Assembly (NCBI RefSeq): GCF_035594765.1
Contig: NW_026943825.1
Coordinates: forward strand, 16,918,590 to 16,982,589
Direction: 5' to 3'
Length of the DNA: 64,000 bases
From: Anolis carolinensis
Lineage: Eukaryota
Shown here piece after piece: positions 56,897 to 64,000 of the stretch. Position 1 is the stretch's first letter; the number at the start of each line of letters is the position of its first letter. The translations under genes were made by a program, and so were the position numbers. The notes beneath the pieces are model-generated. The model was given only the letters and a program-made list of their open reading frames with translations, did no database searches and had not been told where the DNA came from.

Positions 56897-57519
56897 GAGG
56901 AGATACCGACACAGAAAGGGGGGGCTCTTGGAGGTCTTGACCCTCGGGACCCACGGAGGGCCGCTCCCTTGATTCACCTCGATTCGCTGGCAGCCTTTTG
57001 AGGGGGAGCTCGTTCTTCTTCTCTCAGCGAGGAAAGGAGTTGTAAATACTCAGCATTTTGCAAGTTTGTAAATAAAAGACTGGTTCTTACAGACACGCTT
57101 CAGCAGAGTTGTCCTGGAATCAATGACGTGGTAGGGGAACATGTAACTCTCCCAACTATACGTTTCTGAGATCTTTTATGATTCGATGGCCTCTAGGGCG
57201 ATTCCAGCATTCCGTGATTCTGGTTCCACGTGGGGCCATCTGTCGGTCAGGATTCGGTTGTGTCTTTACGGCAGAATGGGCCAACTTGGGCCCTCCCTGC
57301 AGGCATTTGGGATTCCCCTCAGTGTGTGAGGAATGGTGGGAGTTGGAGTCCAAAACGCCTGCAGGGAGGGCCCAAGTGTGCCTAAACCTTTATTGTATTG
57401 TTTAATTGTATTATGATATGTTGTTTTTATATTTTGCTATATTGTCTTGACTTGGGCATGGCCCCATGTAAGCCGCCCCGAGTCCCCATTGGGGAGATGG
57501 TGGCGGGGTATAAATAAAG

Positions 57520-57579
<60 letters not shown>

Positions 57580-57700
57580 ACCTGGACTAGATGATCTTTG
57601 GGGGTCCCTTCCAACTCTAGAATTCTGTTGGGAGGGATCAAACTGTCTTCCTGCCTGGCGGTGAAGGAATGGGAGATAAGCTGCCAGGAGTCTACGCTCG

Positions 57701-58367
57701 CATGGAATCAGTGCCGTGGAGGGGGAACAAGTCTTGGTTGAACATTATTATGGAATCAGTGCCGTGGAGGGGGAACAAGTCTTGGCTGAACATTATTATG
57801 GAATCAGTGCCGTGGAGGGGGAACAAGTCTTGGCTGAACATTATTATGGAATCAGTGCCGTGGAGGGGGAACAAGTCTTGGTTGAACATTATTATGGAAT
57901 CAGTGCCGTGGAGGGGGAACAAGTCTTGGCTGAACATTATTATGGAATCAGTGCCGTGGAGGGGGAACAAGTCTTGATTGAACATTACAGTAGAGTCTCA
58001 CTTATCCAAGCCTCGCTTATCCAAGGTTCTGGATTATCCAAGCCATTTTTGTAGTCAATGTTTTCAATATATCATGATATTTTGTTGCTAAATTCATAAA
58101 TACAGTAATTACAACACAACATTACTGCGTATTGAACTACTTTTTCCGTCAAATTTGTTGTATAACATGATGTTTTGGCGCTTAATTTGTAAAATCATAA
58201 ACTAATTTGATGTTTAATAGGCTTTTCCTTAATTCCTCGTTATAATCCAAGATATTCGCTTATCCAAGCTTCTGCCAGCCCGTTTAGCTTGGATAAGTGA
58301 GACTCTACTGTATTATGGAATCAATGCCGTGGAGGGGGAACAAGTCTTGGTTGAACATTATTATGGA
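57701..58367 (+). repeat. 48-bp minisatellite (7 copies) with a MITE (57988-58310) inserted after copy 6
   Basis: Unit atggaatcagtgccgtggagggggaacaagtcttggttgaacattatt; MITE has a TA target-site duplication. Confidence 0.92.
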
Positions 58368-58933
58368 AGTCAAGATTTGTCCTACGTTTAGGCGTCCGCT
58401 TCCCAAGGCAGGCCAAAGGCTTCAGTCGTAAAATAATCAGAGAATACTCTTGCGAAATAAAAGACCGGGAACGTAGCTGGCCCTTGGGCGGTTCTTCCAG
58501 AGGGAGGTCAGAGGGAGCCGACTTCTGACCTGGATAGATAGATAGGTACGTGCAATCTTTGATTTGGTTTGTAAGTATTCTTTCCTTTTTAATTGTGCCA
58601 TCCTCGCTTTGCAAGTAGTTGCTCTGCTCTTTGGTGGCCGCAAATTGTGTCGAATTGAGGCTCTGATGAGAGATTTGTTGCAAAGCGGGAACTAAAACGA
58701 TGTTCGTGCAGTTTTTGAGTTGGTCATTTGGTCAGTCGAGGGGCCGGTCTGGCAAGTGAGGCCCGGATTGCGACAAAGAGAAGCAGCCAGGTCCGGATTC
58801 CTGCGCAGATCGCTCTGCTGATTCCAAACCAGAGTCCAACCCCGGAGGCGGCTGCTTTGTTCTTCTTCGGCCGGAGAGCGAGGAAGGAGCAGCCAGATCC
58901 CTGCGAGTCTGCCTGGGAAGGAAGGAAGGAAGG

Positions 58934-58970
58934 ATGCAACGAGTGAGGCACGCTCTCAAGCTGCGACAAG
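58934..58970 (+). CDS. Candidate alternative first coding exon of the CYP2 gene (MQRVRHALKLRQ-G)
   Basis: aggATG with an upstream in-frame TGA at 58757; donor AAG|GTGAGA in phase 1 matches acceptor ttcctttccag|GC at 59613. Confidence 0.5.
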
Positions 58971-59557
58971 GTGAGACGATTCCCCCAAAATAATGCTCTA
59001 GCCCAGTGGTTCTCAACTTTCCCAAAGCCATGACCCTTTGATACTAGGCATGTCCGATCGATGAAAAAAATGTTTCAATTCTTGTTAGTAGGGGGCGCTG
59101 GCGCTTCGATATAGAAAGTATTTCCGATTTTTTCACCCCAAAATTTTGGATATTTCCGAAAATTTGTAATGATTCTAAATGTTTCTAAAATGGCATGCGC
59201 AATCGCAAAAAAAAAGGAACCCGGTGGGTGGGGGACTTTTACAGGGCTCTCCCGCCCTCATTTCTTGAGCTGTCCTCATCAATTTTGCAATGCCCTTGCA
59301 AGTTGTGCAAAGATACTTTGAAAACTAGAAATTCCCTTGCTATATTTGTAAGCAAGGAGGACACTGGAAATCAATGGTGTCTCTGGCTATGTGATCCCAC
59401 AAGCCTCAACCCAATGCCTTCCATTAGAAATGGACCAAGCAATGCCCAGGCAAGTTGTGCAAAGATACTTTGAAAACTAGACATTCCCTTGCTAAGAGAA
59501 AGAACCAGCAACAAAACCCTTTGTGCCCTTGGCTGCTTGTTGTCCAGAGCAAACTTC

Positions 59558-62500
59558 ATGGCTGCTGAAGTGCTAATTGCAAGCTTTCTAATTGCGAATT
59601 CTTCCTTTCCAGGCTGGAGAGGGAAGGGGTCTTGTGTGCCCCCCGGCTTGCCCCCCGGTCCGCGCCCGCTGCCCTTCCTGGGGAACGCCCTGCAGGTGGA
59701 CACCACGGACTTCCCCAGGTCCGTGGAGAAGGTGAGTCCCCAGGACGTGGGGCGCAGGGTGCTCACGCCGACCCCTCTCTTCTCTCCCTCGACGCCTCCT
59801 TTTCCTCCCTGCAGCTGAGCCAGCGCTACGGGCCGATCTTCACGCTCCACCTGGGCTCCCAGCGGGCAGTGGTGCTCTTCGGACACGAGGTCGTGCGGGA
59901 GGCCTTGGGGCCCCGAGGGGAGGACTTTGGCGGACGGGGCGGGACCCCCATCCTGGACAGGACGGCCGGCGGGACAGGTGGGAGTGCTGCGGGGGAAGGA
60001 GCCTCGCTCGACAACCCTCTCCCCTTTTGGGTTTTGGGACTAAACCAGAGCCCGAATGGAAGGACTTCCAATCGAGACCGGCCCTGTTGGCTTGCATCTA
60101 CGGCTTCGGTCCTCCCTCCCGGCTATTGGACTCCTACAATTCCTAATAGATAGATAGATCGAGTAGGGACACTCCAAAGGTCATCTAGACCAACCTCCCT
60201 GATCTTATTATTATAATAAATAATAATAAAACTTTATTTATATACCGCCCTATCTCTCGGATGGGACATACAGTCATAAAAGCAAACGCAAACATTACAT
60301 AACAACATAATACACATTATTAAACAAAGTAAAACAATACAGTTATAACAATAAATCACACTTACATGACCATGGGTAAATAGATGTATTAAATGGAGTG
60401 ATGGAAATTAAATGGAATGATGGACCTTAGAGAGGCCTACTTTCAGGTCTTAATAGATAGAGCAGGCATGGGCCAACTTCGGCCCTCCCTCCAGGTGTTT
60501 GGAGTCCAACTCCCACAATTCCTAACAGCCTACCGGCCGAAGTTAGCCCATGCCTTTGATAGAGTGATCGACCTAAGAGAGGCCTACCTCCAGGCCCCAA
60601 TGGAGAGAGAGAGGTGACTTCTGAAGCATCTGCATCAGTCACTAGGAATTGTGGGAGTTGGAGTCCAAATGCCTGGAGGAGGGGCCCAAGAGAGATCCTA
60701 CAGCCCCCTCCCCCTCCCCCTTCTAGGCATCGGGTTCAGCAATGGAGAGACCTGGAAGCAGCTCCGGAGTTTTGCCGCAGAGACGCTTCGTGAGCTGGAG
60801 GCGCCGACCGAGGAGTGGATTCAAGAGGAGGCCGCCTTCCTGGCCGAGAGGCTGGGCAGCACCGAAGGTGGAGGAGGGGGGAGGGGGCCCAGGTGGCAGC
60901 GGGGAGGAAGGGGGGGGCCTCGAGCCCTGGGAGGGGCCAAGTGTGGTGGGGGGGGGCTGAGGGGAGTATCACTTCCTGTGTGTGTGTGTGTGTATATATA
61001 TAAGTGTGTGTGTGTGTGGAGTGTTGGGAGGGGTTGTGGTGGGAGGGGCTTGTAGGGAGTGGGAGGAGTCAAGGGTGGTGGGAGGGGCCTGGAGCTGTGG
61101 GAGGGGCTGGTGATAAGCCTTTGCATGTACCCTGCCTTTATCTCCCATAGGGACTTGGAGCGGCTTACACAATGACGCAACAGTGCGATCCATATACAGT
61201 AAAACCCCACTTGTTCGAGCCTCCGTGCAATCCGAGCAGGTGAACGGGGATGGCCGCAAAGGCCCTCCCTGTTCACCTGCTCGCTGGCGTGCGTGTTGCT
61301 AGGTAGATAGCAAGCTACCTAGCAACATGCACGGGGCGCTCGCCCCTTGGGAGGTGGCCCCTGCGTGTTGCTAGGTAGATAGTAAGCTACCTAGCAACAC
61401 GCAGGGGGCACCTCCCAAGGGGCGAGCGCCCCGTGCATGTTGCTAGGTAGCTTTCTATCTACCTAGCAACACGCATGTCCGACTCCTTCGCCACGCCGGG
61501 CACCTGTGTTGCCACCCCGGCATGACGAAGGAGCCTAGGCATGGACGGGCGGGTGGGTGGGTGAACGGGGAGGGCTTTTGCGGCCCTCCCCGTTCACCCA
61601 CCCGCCGGACAAAGGGGCTTTGTTCCTTTGGCGAAGGCTTGGAGCCAGGAAAGCAGGGAGGGGCCAGAGGAAGCATGGGTGTGCTGATGCCCATACCTGC
61701 CTGTGCTGCTCCCCCCCCTCCCTCCCTCCGCAGGGCGGCCCCTGGACCCCTCCCGCCTGCTGAGCGCGGCCTCGGCCAACGTCCTCTGCTCCGTGGCCTG
61801 TGGCTTCCGCTTCGACTACCAAGACCCCGAGTTCCTGACCTTCCTGCGGCTCCTGGAGGAGAACGCCCGGCTCCAGACCAGCCCCATGACCAAGGCAGGC
61901 CGGCCAGCTGGCCAATGAGAGCGAGAGAGAGAAGGGCGGGGGAGAAGGGCGGGGGAGCATGCCTGTGGGATTGTGGGAGGGGGTGGAGCCCCGGCCGGAT
62001 AGAGATGCACAGGTGCCAACACAGTGGCGTGTGTGTCTGGGGGGGGGGGGTGTATGGGGAGTGAACGTGTTCTCCCTCCGAGGCCCCTGAGTTTCCCCTC
62101 CGCCTCCCTCCCAGCTGTACAACGTTTTCCCGGCCCTCCTGGACCACCTTCCCGGCTCCCACCAGACCATCTTCCGAAACACGGAGGAGCTGAAGCGCAC
62201 CATTGCCGTGAAGGCGGAGGCGCAGAAGGAGGCCCTGCGGCCCGGTCCCCCCCGCAACTTCATCCATGCCTTCCTCCTCAGAATGGAGCAGGTAACACGC
62301 GTGTGGGCATATCACGGCTAGTGGGCCTCATCCGGGAGAAGCAAGCGCAGTCTCAAGGGGGGAGGAGCTCTTTTGCCCATTGAAACCCCTCTTGCTGTCA
62401 GACTCGAAGGTCTTGGAGTTAAAATCAAGCTCACCACCATAAATCGCTGAATTCCTTCTTTCCACAATCCTCAAAAGACAGTTCTAAAGTTTTCCCACTC

Positions 62501-63365
62501 AAACCTCCTGTATATTATGTTAATGTGGGATTTGTATATTGGTAGTGTTTAAACGAAATTTGTGTCTAGCATGTATTGCATCCTCCAGGAAATGCTATAG
62601 TGTGTAAAGAGTTAATTGTTAAGAAGCTGTATTGACCTTGGATGTGTGGCTAGAACACAGAGAGGAGTGTCCAGACTACAAGTGTGTTTGTATATAGCTG
62701 ACTGCATCAGATGAGCTCTGTTCTGCCTGCTGGGAAGATCTGCGCTGTTTGTCTAGAGCGAAAATTTTGTCTATTGTCTGCAAGTCTGTTTGTTTTGTTC
62801 AGTAAACTTTGTACATACTTTTTACATTGTCTCTGACGTTCCTTCGTTCTACGCTCAACTGACATCATTCATTTGCTGCTACGCTGTGCGCATTACTCTG
62901 ACAATTGGTTATGGGCCCAGATCCCAGACCAGTTTGACCAGGCCCAATTCCTATCCGCCCCCCAGTGGGCAAACACTGTGCCTACAGTCTGTTAACCGCA
63001 GTTCAGTTTCCCTCTCGAAACAGATGTCTTATTCCCACTGCCTTCCCCAGCTGTTCCCAGCATCTCTTCCTGCTGGGAAGAGATGCAGCATCCGCCCTTC
63101 CTTATGTCAGAGAGCCGAAGCAGCCAGTCCCAGGCAGAGACCGCGATCCTGACACTTGTGTTTCTCCTTCCCTTCTTCCCTTCCGCTCTGTCCCCAAACT
63201 CCCTGCAGGAGAAGCAGCAGCAGCAGCAGCAGGAGGGCGTCTCGGTCTTCAACCTCCAGAGTTTGGTGAGAAGCACGCTGGACCTTTTTGTGGCCGGAGC
63301 CGAGTCCACCAGCCTCGTCCTCCAGTACGCGCTGATGGCGCTCGTGAAGTACCCCGAGGTGCAAG
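59558..63365 (+). CDS. Cytochrome P450 family 2 protein, exons 1-6 (partial; continues beyond the window)
   Basis: Exons 59558 (or 59613)-59731, 59815-59977, 60727-60867, 61734-61894 (GC donor), 62115-62291, 63209-63365. Motifs PPGPRPLPFLGN, YGPIFTLHLG, NGETWKQLR, RFDYQD, DLFVAGAESTS, KYPEVQ. Exon sizes 163, 161 and 177 are typical of CYP2. Subfamily not assignable by eye. Confidence 0.92.
61197..61610. mobile_element. MITE-like element with an internal palindrome of about 185 bp
   Basis: TA-CAGTAAAACCCC start; palindrome 61291-61475 built from the same units as 22334-23166. Confidence 0.6.
62617..62945 (+). mobile_element. Ty1/Copia LTR plus PBS
   Basis: TGTT...ACTCTGACA (62903), ATT, GGTTATGGGCCCAG (62907-62920). 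LTR start approximate. Confidence 0.7.
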
Positions 63366-63694
63366 GTGGGCAGCCCTGGGCCTGCTGCTGCGTCATGAGT
63401 GAAACGTTAAAAAGATTCTTGCATTCCGTCTCCAGTGAGACAGCATAGATCAGGCACTTGGCAGAGAAAGAAGGTAGGCACATATAGACTATATAGTGAC
63501 TAAAGGGGATATAATTTTTACTCAGCATTCATACACTCATATGCATTCACTCTACATCAGGGCTGGGCAAACTTCGGCCCTCTCTCTGGGTGTTTTGGAC
63601 TTCAACTCCCACCATTCCTACTGGCTGTTAGAAATGGTGGGAGTTGAAGTTCAAAACACCTGGAGGGGAGGGCCCAAGTTGGCCTCAGCACTCC

Positions 63695-64000
63695 CCGCTG
63701 CGACGCTGCTTCTCCATGGAATCAATCTTCCTCCGAAGACACACCAGATTCACATTCAAGCAGGCTCACCAAAACAGCGGTCTTGTCTCTGGTCACACTC
63801 GCAGCTCCAACTTTCTCTCCACTCCAAACTCCAGAACTCTGGTCCAGTCTTGGTACTGGTTAATTCTGGGAACTGGTCAAACTGGTCTGGGATCTGGGCC
63901 CATAAGCAATTGTCAGAGTAATGCGCGCAGCGTAGCAGCAGATGTATGATGTCAGTTGAAGCGCAGAACGAAGGAATGTCAGAGACGATGTAAAAGTATT
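63695..64000 (-). mobile_element. Ty1/Copia LTR end, PBS and 5' leader, inverted relative to 62617-62945
   Basis: 63874-64000 is the reverse complement of about 62812-62940 with few mismatches; PBS at 63894-63907. Confidence 0.75.

Noticed and set aside
57701-58367. Regular repeats that resemble a CRISPR array or a repeat-protein ORF (MESVPWRGNKSWLNII)n
   Set aside because: Units are contiguous with no unique spacers, the context is eukaryotic, and the 48-bp period explains the open frames; it is a minisatellite.

Overview
Vertebrate nuclear DNA, almost certainly an Anolis lizard (Sauria SINEs, Anolis-type tRNA/L2 SINEs, non-autonomous Helitrons, Dong/R4, L1 and Penelope fragments). It has very GC-rich exons and small, repeat-packed introns, as expected on a microchromosome. 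Gene order: TUBGCP2 (-, first two coding exons only) head-to-head with ZNF511 (+, complete); a KRAB-less 14-finger C2H2 gene (-); DCST2 (-, complete, 15 exons); FLAD1 (-, complete, 7 exons) head-to-head with CWF19L1 (+, complete, 14 exons, with an intronic H/ACA snoRNA candidate, probably SNORA12); and a divergent CYP2-family P450 (+, exons 1-6, runs off the window). There are two assembly gaps. Most notable observations: (1) the CYP2 has a candidate extra upstream exon that would swap the ER anchor for an Arg/Lys-rich mitochondrial-type presequence, and its redox-partner loop is remodelled; (2) a uORF overlaps the presequence start of FLAD1 as TGATG; (3) the zinc-finger array is homogenised like a minisatellite; (4) DCST2 and FLAD1 sit among human-10q-type genes without DCST1, and a 105-bp minisatellite fills the DCST2 promoter; (5) an L1 target-site duplication copied a DCST2 splice donor; (6) inverted Copia LTR+PBS copies flank a CYP exon; (7) Penelope hammerhead ribozymes; (8) Helitrons carry an X-box/GC-box module. 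Gene identities and human comparisons come from recalled orthologue sequences, not from a database search. Exon boundaries were read by hand from splice motifs and reading frame. Repeat boundaries are approximate.
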